Made by a program: the position numbers and the translations under genes. The notes under the pieces are model-generated. The model ran no database searches, was not told the DNA's origin, and was given only the letters and a program-made list of their open reading frames with translations. From positions 1 through 57,604 of IMG/VR virus record IMGVR_UViG_3300033067_001582: a stretch of 57,604 nt of DNA; one strand, given 5' to 3'. Below, piece by piece: positions 29,202 to 37,520 of this stretch (the first letter of the stretch is position 1; each line of letters starts with the position of its first letter). This DNA is from a virus. Taxonomy: Duplodnaviria; Caudoviricetes.

Positions 29202-29459
29202 CTATTCGTTGCGAAACGATTCGAGGCCGATATAGCCCAGTCGGGTATTCCAGCTCAGCCGATAGCCGTCGTCGCTTTCATAAACGTCGTCAGAATCGCC
29301 TGACGCCGGCTCGTCGAATTCTTCGCCGGCGTCGCCGCAATCCCATTGCGCCAGATATTCAATTGCGGCATCTTCGCCGCGCTCGTCGAGTATTCGCAAC
29401 GGCTCGTCAGAATCTTCCGAGTTCTGGAAAAACACAATGCGCTGATAGACTCGCGACAT
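29202..29459 (-). CDS. Highly acidic small protein (array ORF)
   Basis: D/E-rich; both boxes present. Confidence 0.8.
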   Translation of the reverse strand: MSRVYQRIVFFQNSEDSDEPLRILDERGEDAAIEYLAQWDCGDAGEEFDEPASGDSDDVYESDDGYRLSWNTRLGYIGLESFRNE

Positions 29460-29552
29460 AAGACACCCCAATATTTTCTAGGATTGAAACACACTAAACA
29501 GCCCGCGCCCGACCCGCGACGGTCGGTTTACGCTTGTGCGCGGGGGATCATG

Positions 29553-29774
29553 CTAACCATGCGACAAACTAAATCCGGTCGTGCACGGCTCGCCGTTGAT
29601 AAACAAATTGCCCATCGTCACCCACTCGCCGTTGTCGGGCATTTTTGCCGCGACCATTTCCCACTCGTCACTCGGCTTGCGCCGCGCCGCGATTGCATTA
29701 CCCAGGCCGTTCGTCGCATACTCAACGTGAGGCCGTTCGCGGCGCGCGATTGCCAATAATTCCAGTGCCGTCAT
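29553..29774 (-). CDS. Hypothetical protein (array ORF)
   Basis: ATCCTAGAAAT box, then GGGG, then ATG (MTALELL...). Confidence 0.65.
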   Translation of the reverse strand: MTALELLAIARRERPHVEYATNGLGNAIAARRKPSDEWEMVAAKMPDNGEWVTMGNLFINGEPCTTGFSLSHG

Positions 29775-29832
29775 TTCATTACCCCGCAAAATTTCTAGGA
29801 TTGAAAAACCGTCTCCGCAATCTGCCGGCTGG

Positions 29833-30156
29833 TTATTCGCCGTCGACAACTTCATTCTCGTCATCAATACAGGCATCGTCATCGTCGCCGTACATTTCGC
29901 GCATTTCGTCCCGCGCCGCTTGTTCGCTATCGAACGGACCCGTCCATTCGGTGCAATCCATGTAACCCGGCGCACTCAGCCGCGCAAACCATCCGAATAC
30001 TGTTTCAACGTCGTCAGCGTCGACGCCGTATGCCCGCGCCGCATCCTCCGCGCCGCGATACTGCGCGTCCGCTTCCGGCGTGATAATGTCGCCTTCGCGA
30101 GTGTTGCGGATAACTTGGCAGTGGCCGTGATAGACCTGCGTTTGCATGAATGACAT
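29833..30156 (-). CDS. Acidic hypothetical phage protein (array ORF)
   Basis: GWFARLSAPGYMDCTEW motif; ATCCTAAGAATCGGAG upstream. Confidence 0.8.
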   Translation of the reverse strand: MSFMQTQVYHGHCQVIRNTREGDIITPEADAQYRGAEDAARAYGVDADDVETVFGWFARLSAPGYMDCTEWTGPFDSEQAARDEMREMYGDDDDACIDDENEVVDGE

Positions 30157-30237
30157 TTCAGATACTCCGATTCTTAGGATTGAAGAAAACCGCCGCACGC
30201 GCGCCGCCACAATTGACGGCGCGGGAGGGGAGGTTTA

Positions 30238-30564
30238 CTACTTGCCGGCCATGATCTTGACTGCGCACGCTTGCAGCATTTCATCAAGCGAACCCGTTCG
30301 CTTTACGCTGCGATACTCGCAATAAACGCTAGTAGCGTAGTCGTCGCAGTTGACGCGATTCAATTGTTCTTCGTTCATGCCAAGATCAACTAGCATCGCA
30401 GCGAGTTTCGCTCCGCGAAGCGATAGCCAATAGTTCCAACAGATAGTCGTATCGCCGACTTGCACAGAATAGTAGCGGTCTACTTTCGAGTGCTTGCGAA
30501 TGCGGCCGTATTGATTGCCGGCGTATTCCTCCTTCGTTTTTACTGCCCTGGCTGTCATCATCAC
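30238..30564 (-). CDS. Hypothetical protein, first gene of the leftward operon
   Basis: ATCCTAGAAAA box and GGAG RBS. Confidence 0.75.
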   Translation of the reverse strand: MMMTARAVKTKEEYAGNQYGRIRKHSKVDRYYSVQVGDTTICWNYWLSLRGAKLAAMLVDLGMNEEQLNRVNCDDYATSVYCEYRSVKRTGSLDEMLQACAVKIMAGK

Positions 30565-30606
30565 GCTCTCCGTTAGTTTTCTAGGATTGATCTTCCCGAC
30601 ACGCTA

Positions 30607-30635
30607 TTTCTACTCTCAGCAATACCCTGCGTCAA
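30607..30635 (-). promoter_or_regulatory. Sigma70-like promoter for the leftward operon
   Basis: On the minus strand, TTGACG-17 bp-TAGAAA. Confidence 0.55.
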
Positions 30636-31135
30636 TACCATTCGGCATAAATTCCAAGAATCTTCAATCGCCCGATAATTCCAGCCTGATATACCGGCGC
30701 ACTAGCGCGCACCATCCTCACTGGACATTACCCCGCGCGGCACTATTTCCGCGCACTATTAGCGCGCGCCCATCGCCGATAGCTAGCGGCTTGCGGCCGA
30801 TGATTGCCCGCGCACCCTACGGATATGAGCCGGCGACACTAAGCGAGCGAAGCGAGCGCGGACGCGCCGGCGATCGAGCGGAGATGATTAACCTGGCTGA
30901 GACGGCCGGCGAGTCGTGCGCGTAGATAGTGGTGTGGATGCGGCGGAGATGGGCGAGGGGCGAGATGATCTAGGTGGAGACGATCGAGCGGCGGTAGGTG
31001 GAGACGTGGAGCTAGCCGACGTTGATCCTGGCGCGGGGGAGACGGGGCGATAGGGCGGAGCTAGGGCCAGGCGGAGCTAAGAACGGAATAAGAATTGGCG
31101 GCGCGCGATAGGTGGGGGAGCGGGGGCGGAAGTGT

Positions 31136-31203
31136 AGTCGAATTGATTACACTCGATTGTCGCGGATTTGATATAATCCGATATTTCTACTGTCAATTCG
31201 ACT
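31136..31203. repeat. Nested inverted repeat in the divergence region
   Basis: AGTCGAATTGA (31136-31146) / TCAATTCGACT (31193-31203) enclosing CGGATT-N6-AATCCG. Confidence 0.75.
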
Positions 31204-31598
31204 CGTCTCGCGAAAGGCCCGTGATTCGCAGCGTTTGATCGACCTCGCGAGGCCCAATTCCACCCAGTTTTTAACGTACCGTTCCCTACGTCAATAGGCG
31301 AGCTGGCCGAATTGTTGCGGAATAGCGGCGATTCGTTGGCCGGTCGGCTCGGCGGGGGTGGGGTGGGCTATAGGTACGTCAGGGACCCAGGGCCGAATTG
31401 ATTCGCGATCCGACCCCCGGCCTCGTTCACGCCGCGTACGCTACGATATTTCGAGTCAAGAGACGCGCATTTTTAGCCGCCGTGGTGTCCTCGGCCGGTG
31501 GAGTCCTCACCCGCCCAATAAAAATCCGCTTGCCCGCCGCCGCATCTCCGCTACTATGCCTGTCGGTCTATGCCGATTGTCATTTCATTGGAGTCCTC

Positions 31599-31754
31599 AT
31601 GCCGCCTGTGCCGTTCTGGGGCTGGAAAAACGTCGTCGCCTTCTCGGGGGGGCGCACCTCCGCGTACATGCTCCACCTGTTGCTCGAAAAGCACGGCGAC
31701 GTTCAAAGACGAGAGCGATTCGGTGACGGTTGCGGATCGGTGCTTTACTTATAA
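31599..31754 (+). pseudogene. N-terminal fragment of a PAPS-reductase-like PP-loop protein
   Basis: VVAFSGGRTSAYML motif followed by an early stop. Confidence 0.55.
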
Positions 31755-31816
31755 GCATGTTCGGCAGAATTTGTGGCCGATGGGGTTGTGGACTTTTGTA
31801 GTGCCGGAGGCAGGCG

Positions 31817-32227
31817 ATGACGCAGACGAATAGCGAGTGGCCGAAGTCGTTTCGGTGGCACACCGCCTACTGCAACGAGCCCGACATCGTGACGTTCTAT
31901 GGAGAAGACGAAATCGTGACGGACTACTGCGGCTGTATCTGGTCATACTCGGACTGCATTTCGTGCAACGCATGGGTGCCCACCGACCAGTACAAAGACA
32001 AATCACCACCCGCCGCATCGCATGGCGACGCAAAGGCGGAAGTCGCCGCGATCATCGGCAACGTGCGCGTCATGCTTGCTCATCACGAAGAGAGCTGGCC
32101 GATCAAGTCACCGTATCCTGAGATGATTGGGCTGCTCGCCGACGCCGTGGAGCGACTTGCAAGACGACAATCAATTCACCACATCGCGCCGGCATCTACT
32201 GATTCGTGCGCACGGCTCAGGCAATGA
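31817..32227 (+). CDS. Hypothetical protein
   Basis: GGAGG RBS. Confidence 0.65.
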   Translation: MTQTNSEWPKSFRWHTAYCNEPDIVTFYGEDEIVTDYCGCIWSYSDCISCNAWVPTDQYKDKSPPAASHGDAKAEVAAIIGNVRVMLAHHEESWPIKSPYPEMIGLLADAVERLARRQSIHHIAPASTDSCARLRQ

Positions 32228-32446
32228 TTGCGAATTGTCGAAGTCCGGCAGGGAAATCTACTCTCGCATCATCTCGACAATAATCGACCGCCCTATGCTC
32301 GTAAAAGTATCCGGCCACTCGCCGCACCTTCGAGTCGAACTGCACGAGGGAATCGGCGACGGTCTTCCGCTATGGCCGATAGTCGAGGCAAGAGGATGGA
32401 CTGTCGAGTTCCTTGGAGAAGTAGTGATGCCTAGCGGAGAGTGTAA

Positions 32447-32665
32447 ATGACCCTCCGCACATTCATCGACGCGATCGAGTCGGCTGCCGGCAAGCGGGAT
32501 GCGAGCGAGTTGACCGACATCGAGAAGATCGCTCTCTGCATCAACTCCGGTGTCGAGATGATCGTAGAGTCGCTTGGTGGTCGCGGCCAGTATGACATCG
32601 GCACGGCATGCTCAGTTGGATTCAAGCACGACGGCGGAAACTGGCAAGTGATCGAGTTGAAGTAG
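32447..32665 (+). CDS. Hypothetical protein
   Basis: GGAG RBS. Confidence 0.65.
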   Translation: MTLRTFIDAIESAAGKRDASELTDIEKIALCINSGVEMIVESLGGRGQYDIGTACSVGFKHDGGNWQVIELK

Positions 32666-32683
32666 CACTTTAACGAGGACGCG

Positions 32684-33079
32684 ATGATTAACCCTTATGA
32701 TGTCGGATTGAGTCCGTTTCGCATTGCTGACGGAACGCTATTTGACGCCAATCCGTCGCGGATGTTTACGCAACATGGGGACGAGGCATATCCTTCCGTA
32801 AAGTGTCCGTCGTGCGGAGGCGACTACTGCCATCCGTGTGAAGTGTCTGTCAAGCAAGGCGAATCGCAAACCATCGTCTTCGGCGACAGCACGATCACAA
32901 GCAGGGCGACTAAGGACGACAGCCGAGGTTCAGACATTAGGATTGTTTTCTGGTGCGAGTCCGGGCATGAATTCGTGTGCCACTTTTGGTTTCACAAGGG
33001 CAATACGTTCATCAGTTCATTTTGCGGAGACAGCACCGCAGAAGAAGGCGGACCAGACAACATGCTGTGGAGAGATTAG
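32684..33079 (+). CDS. Zinc-binding hypothetical protein
   Basis: CPSCGGDYCH...FWCESGH...HKGNT. Confidence 0.7.
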   Translation: MINPYDVGLSPFRIADGTLFDANPSRMFTQHGDEAYPSVKCPSCGGDYCHPCEVSVKQGESQTIVFGDSTITSRATKDDSRGSDIRIVFWCESGHEFVCHFWFHKGNTFISSFCGDSTAEEGGPDNMLWRD

Positions 33080-33081
33080 CC

Positions 33082-33366
33082 ATGCCACGCACCGCCTACG
33101 CCCGCAAAGACGCCGCGAACACGAAGCCCGTGAGCGCCGAGGACGCCGTGAAGATGCGGGCGATTCGGAGGGCGGCAATGAATAGCGGGTGGAGCGAGTA
33201 TGCGCTGGCGAATGAGTTTGGTTGCAGTCCGTATCAAGTGCGGATGGCGATAGAGGGAGTCGGCATGCCGATGGAGTGGTGTGATAAGTGCGAGGCGGAC
33301 GTGATTGCGCCGTGCGTGGCGTGCAATAGCGAGGCGTGGAAGCGAGAGCGGAAGAATCAATCCTAG
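33082..33366 (+). CDS. HTH-like protein with C-terminal zinc finger
   Basis: SEYALANEFGCS; CDKC...PCVAC. Confidence 0.65.
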   Translation: MPRTAYARKDAANTKPVSAEDAVKMRAIRRAAMNSGWSEYALANEFGCSPYQVRMAIEGVGMPMEWCDKCEADVIAPCVACNSEAWKRERKNQS

Positions 33367-33383
33367 AAAGTGGAGGTGCGGTG

Positions 33384-33848
33384 ATGGGGTACGCGAAGCG
33401 AAACTTGATTAACAGCATGCGACGGCTGCTCAACTTCCATTCCGAAAACACGACATCCGAATCGTCGCTCGTTCACGACATCCGCAACCTGCTGAGCGGC
33501 GAGTTGACGGAAACGATGGGGCCGGTTGATCGCGACCCGCCGCACCACGCCCCAAGCGAAACAATCGAGCCAGTCGCACTACCGGAAGAAGTCTTCGCCA
33601 TCCGCAACACCGGGTTCGGCGCATGCGAGGCGGTGATGAAGCGTGATAACAGCGTGATGAACGTGGCGATTCCGGTGGGCGACGAGCCGTTGACGAAGCG
33701 GGAGCGGTTTGCGATGGAGATAATGAAGTCGCTGACAACCACCACGCACTACATCCTGGACGTTGAAACCGGCATAAGCGGCACCGCCATTGACGCCGTG
33801 CTGTACGCCGACGCCCTCATCGCCGAGCTGGCGAAGGAGCGGAAGTGA
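33384..33848 (+). CDS. Hypothetical phage protein
   Basis: LTKRERFAM...AVLYADALIAEL motif; ATCCTAGAAA and GGAGG upstream. Confidence 0.75.
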   Translation: MGYAKRNLINSMRRLLNFHSENTTSESSLVHDIRNLLSGELTETMGPVDRDPPHHAPSETIEPVALPEEVFAIRNTGFGACEAVMKRDNSVMNVAIPVGDEPLTKRERFAMEIMKSLTTTTHYILDVETGISGTAIDAVLYADALIAELAKERK

Positions 33849-34099
33849 TGACCGAACGCACCCACATCCAGCGGTTCTATCGGCAGCGATTCGCCGAACT
33901 CCACCAACGCAAACTTCGCGTCAATTCGCATCGCAAGAACATTGGTGATTGGCGGCTGCGGTTTTGGTTCGACAATGCGGAGAACCTGTCGCACTATGAA
34001 TGGCTACGCGACGGACAGGTAATGCACTCGTACTCGCTGCCGGGTGCGCCGCCAATGGACTTAATGGGGCGTGTCGTTGCTGAGTGGAGCAACGTATGA
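33845..34099 (+). CDS. Hypothetical protein
   Basis: AAGGAG RBS, overlaps with neighbours. Confidence 0.6.
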   Translation: MMTERTHIQRFYRQRFAELHQRKLRVNSHRKNIGDWRLRFWFDNAENLSHYEWLRDGQVMHSYSLPGAPPMDLMGRVVAEWSNV

Positions 34100-34488
34100 C
34101 CCGCCGCCAATTCCTCCGCTCCATCACCGCCTCCGTCGCCTGCGTCGCCCTCGCACTATTCGCATTCGGCCACGACCAGCATCCTCGCTCGTCGCACTGG
34201 CCCAAGGTGCGAGCCGAGTATTTGCTGACGCATGGCGAGTGCGCTGCCTGCGGAGCGAGCGGCAGCGGAGTCGATCTTGAGGTGCATCACGTCGTGCCGT
34301 TCCATGTGGATCGTGCGAAGGAGTTGGACGAGGCGAATCTGATTACGCTTTGCAGGAAGGGCGGGCACCTGGGGTGCGCGTGCCATCTGACGTTCGGCCA
34401 CGCCGGGAGTTATTCGCGTTGGAATGAGCATGTGCGTGAGGATGCGAAGTTGATGCGGGCGCGGTTGGAAGAAGCGAAACTTAGATAG
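34096..34488 (+). CDS. HNH endonuclease with Tat-like N-terminus
   Basis: CAACG, EVHHVVP, NLITLC, CHLTFGH; starts MTRRQFLRS followed by a hydrophobic stretch. Confidence 0.8.
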   Translation: MTRRQFLRSITASVACVALALFAFGHDQHPRSSHWPKVRAEYLLTHGECAACGASGSGVDLEVHHVVPFHVDRAKELDEANLITLCRKGGHLGCACHLTFGHAGSYSRWNEHVREDAKLMRARLEEAKLR

Positions 34489-34497
34489 GAGATGCGA

Positions 34498-34848
34498 ATG
34501 AATAGGCGAACATTTTTATCTGCATTGGCCGCGATTCCGCTTGCCGGGCCGGCGGCTGTGATGGCATCTACTAAAGTTCGACCGCGACTTCATTGGGCTG
34601 CGCATCCAAGCCGCCAACTGCCGTCGATTCGGGAAATGAAATCCGCGATGATGCTGGTTTTGGCGAGGAACCCGAATCCATACTGCATCATCGTTCCGTA
34701 TGCGTGGCATTCCGCCCTGTCTCTCCATGCAGAACAATCGCTTCGTAATCTTGGCGGAGTGCCTTCTGCCTGCGCGACGTTAAAGTTTTCCAGCCTGGGG
34801 ATTCCCGTTGTGTGGGATTTCAATTGCGTTGAACCGCGAGCCGGCTAG
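34498..34848 (+). CDS. Protein with twin-arginine signal-like N-terminus
   Basis: MNRRTFLSALAAIPLAGPAAVMA. Confidence 0.65.
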   Translation: MNRRTFLSALAAIPLAGPAAVMASTKVRPRLHWAAHPSRQLPSIREMKSAMMLVLARNPNPYCIIVPYAWHSALSLHAEQSLRNLGGVPSACATLKFSSLGIPVVWDFNCVEPRAG

Positions 34849-34923
34849 TTTTTTTGCCACAAAACTTGACATTCGGCATTGACTTTACGCTATTGCCAAC
34901 GAACCATACTCACGGAGGACTCC

Positions 34924-35496
34924 ATGTGGCCGAATAAACCGAAGAAGAACCCAGCCACTTCGCAAAACCCAGTGCCAGCCAACGACGGCTCCATCAACAT
35001 CCGCTGGATGATTCAGTCCGACTACGATTTCGTCATCGACATCGAGCGGCAATCCTTCGGCACGCCGTGGACGCGGGCGGAGTTGACGAAGTTCCTGAAG
35101 CATCATCAGCATGTCGGCTACGTCGCTGTCGTCGATGGTCGCGTCGCCGGCTATTTCCTGTACGTCCTGCACCCCACGCACTTCGAGTTGGTCAGCGTGG
35201 CCGTGCATCCGCAAGATCGCCGTCGCGGCGTCGGGCGGAAGATGGTCGATAGCTTGACGCGGCGCATGATGGCGAGGCGGAACAAGACCGAGGCGTTGGT
35301 GCGAGAGACGAACACGGACGCGCAAGTGTTTTTCAGCAAGATCGGGTTCATGTGCCGAGCGTTCGTGAAGGGTGCGTACGAAGGGACTGACGAGGGCGGC
35401 GTGCTGTTTGTGAAGCGGAAGAACGAGAAGCCGGTGGATGAGCGGTGGTTGCCGAGGAATCGGGTGGGGAAGTTTTATGAGGGGGAGGTTACATGA
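34924..35496 (+). CDS. RimI-like GNAT acetyltransferase
   Basis: IERQSFGTPW, VAVHPQDRRRGVG, VRETNTDAQVFFSKIGF. Confidence 0.88.
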   Translation: MWPNKPKKNPATSQNPVPANDGSINIRWMIQSDYDFVIDIERQSFGTPWTRAELTKFLKHHQHVGYVAVVDGRVAGYFLYVLHPTHFELVSVAVHPQDRRRGVGRKMVDSLTRRMMARRNKTEALVRETNTDAQVFFSKIGFMCRAFVKGAYEGTDEGGVLFVKRKNEKPVDERWLPRNRVGKFYEGEVT

Positions 35497-35726
35497 GCGG
35501 AGGCGTGCTTGCTGGAATCTCGATATTCTGTTGTGTTGTGTCAGTCGCGAATATCGCGTGGTTCGTTTTTATGCAGAAGAGAAACGACGCCGTTTACGAA
35601 TTCAGGTCCAGGGCTTTGAATTACTTTAGAGCAAAGCGCGACTTCTCCGGCTACGACGCCATGCCGAGTTACGACGAAATGTTTTGGCAACTTCGCAAGT
35701 GGGACTGGTCGGAGTATTTGAAGTGA
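35493..35726 (+). CDS. Small membrane protein
   Basis: N-terminal TM; PSYDEM motif. Confidence 0.7.
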   Translation: MSGGVLAGISIFCCVVSVANIAWFVFMQKRNDAVYEFRSRALNYFRAKRDFSGYDAMPSYDEMFWQLRKWDWSEYLK

Positions 35727-35899
35727 ACAACAAACCATCCGCCACCGAAAACCTGCTCAACGCCATGACGCCCGCCGAGCATCGCCAGATGCGTGCGGCT
35801 TATGCGGTGTGGCGATGGCTTGAACAGACGAAGAAACTGCCGATCGTGCAGAAGATGTTTCGAGTAAATAACGACAAATTACGAGGCGCAAATGACTGA
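35723..35899 (+). CDS. Small hypothetical protein
   Basis: GTGA overlap; fills the gap between genes. Confidence 0.5.
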   Translation: MNNKPSATENLLNAMTPAEHRQMRAAYAVWRWLEQTKKLPIVQKMFRVNNDKLRGAND

Positions 35900-36890
35900 G
35901 CAGTTGACGATTGAAACACCAGCCCCGGCTCGCGGCCTCGCTTGGATCGGCCAAGTCACCGAACTCGCGCCCATCGCGAACGCCGACCGCATTGAACTGG
36001 CGACGGTCATTTGCGGCGCAGGCGGCAAGTGGTCGGGAGTCGTGAAGAAGAACGACTTCGCCATCGGCAGCAAGGCGGTCGTGTACTTACAGGATGCCGT
36101 CGTTCCGCAATGCAACGAACTAGCCTTTCTCGCATCGTCGAATTGGCGAGTGAAGATGCAGCGGTTTCGCGGCGCGCCGAGCGAATGTGTAATCGTCAAA
36201 TGCGACGACGCGAATCCGGTCGGCAACGACGTGACTGCGATCATGGGCGTCACCAAATACGAAAAGCCGGTGCCCGGCGCGCTCGGCGGCAACCCGGTCG
36301 GCAACTTCCCGTCGTTCATCCCGAAAACCGACGAGCCCAACTTTCAGACCGCATACCGCCTGCTAGATGCCTTGCGCGGCCAAGCGTGGTACGCGACCGT
36401 CAAATACGACGGCAGCAGCACGACAGTCTATCGGCGCGGCGATCAGTTCGGCGTGTGCAGTCGCAATCTTGAACTGTTCGAGTCGCCGTGTGCATTTTGG
36501 AACGTCGCGAACAAATACAACTTACGCGAGACACTGCCGGATGGCATTGCCTTGCAGTTCGAGACGGTCGGTCCCGGAATCCAGAAGAATCCCATCGGCA
36601 TGCAATCCATCGACGGCGTGGCGTTCAACGCCTACCACATCGACGACAGGCGGTATTTGCATCGCAATGAGTTTGGCGAACTGTGCTTGAAGTTGCAGTT
36701 CCCTACCGCGCAAATCGTCGACAACGGAGGAAATTTCAATCTCGACAAGACGGCGTTGCAGAAATTGGCCGAAGGTAACTATCCGAACGGCAAGCCGCGA
36801 GAGGGAATCGTGATTCGCCCGTACGAAGAACAGTACGTCGGCCACGACCGTCTTAGTTTCAAAGTCATCAATCTCGATTACAAGGATTGA
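35892..36890 (+). CDS. ATP-dependent RNA ligase (DRB0094-like)
   Basis: N-terminal PIANADRIE domain, PKTDEP, adenylation motif KYDGSS, REGIVIR, FKVIN. Confidence 0.9.
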   Translation: MTEQLTIETPAPARGLAWIGQVTELAPIANADRIELATVICGAGGKWSGVVKKNDFAIGSKAVVYLQDAVVPQCNELAFLASSNWRVKMQRFRGAPSECVIVKCDDANPVGNDVTAIMGVTKYEKPVPGALGGNPVGNFPSFIPKTDEPNFQTAYRLLDALRGQAWYATVKYDGSSTTVYRRGDQFGVCSRNLELFESPCAFWNVANKYNLRETLPDGIALQFETVGPGIQKNPIGMQSIDGVAFNAYHIDDRRYLHRNEFGELCLKLQFPTAQIVDNGGNFNLDKTALQKLAEGNYPNGKPREGIVIRPYEEQYVGHDRLSFKVINLDYKD

Positions 36891-36895
36891 TCTAG

Positions 36896-36968
36896 GCCGG
36901 GGTGGAGCAGTTGGTAGCTCGCAAGGATCATGACCTTGAGGTCGCAGGTTCAAATCCTGCCCCCTGCC
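36896..36968 (+). tRNA. tRNA(CAU), initiator-Met-like body with atypical anticodon loop
   Basis: D arm GAGC/GCTC, anticodon arm CAAGG-ATCATGA-CCTTG, T arm GCAGG-TTCAAAT-CCTGC; one acceptor-stem mismatch and no encoded CCA. Confidence 0.85.
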
Positions 36969-37520
36969 CTTTGTCTATTCACCTCCGCAAGGAAGCGGCC
37001 CACGCCCAACAGGCACGACGCCTCCCATCGCATCTCCCGCCTCGAATCCAAACGCATCTCCGACCCGCCATCGCTGTGCGGGATGCGGCTGGCTCCTAAC
37101 CAGCTACATCTCCAACCTCGCCCGCGTCGGCACACAGCCCGAAGACATCCTCGCCGGGCACCTCTCGCTGCTCGACGCCTGCACCGACGCTTATCGCGAA
37201 CTCGGCCGCGTCGAATACCTCTATCTAGCACCTCCGCCTGCGAATCCGCCGCCCGCGCACGTCTCGCCGCTGAAGACGAAGTGTGAGAGCGGGCTGGTTC
37301 TGGCCGTCGCCGGGACGGTGCGCATCGTGACGCGATATGCCCACTCGAAGAATTCCTATCGCATTGCGTTCGTCGATGCTCGGCACGGCGGCGAGCGGAA
37401 TCTGGATGTCGTGTTTGCGGAGCGGAAGAAGGCGGAGGCGGCGCTGAAGAAGGCGAGGGCGGATGGCGAGCGGGAGTTGTTGAGAAGCGGGGCGAAGGAT
37501 TGGCGAAAGGGCGAATCGAA

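Larger units (their letters stand above)
26538..30590 (-). repeat. Dispersed intergenic boxes: ATCCT(AG)AAA (10 copies) and TAGACGC(G/A)(G/A)CGC (7 at stops plus 1)
   Basis: Box A cores at about 26541, 27618, 28085, 28261, 28771, 29168, 29478, 29795, 30174, 30581. Box B cores at about 26648, 26995, 27599, 27706, 28111, 28352, 28858, 29197. Confidence 0.9.

Noticed and set aside
26538-30590. Classical integron with attC sites, or a CRISPR array
   Set aside because: No tyrosine integrase and no RYYYAAC/GTTRRRY cores; the boxes are separated by whole ORFs of variable length.
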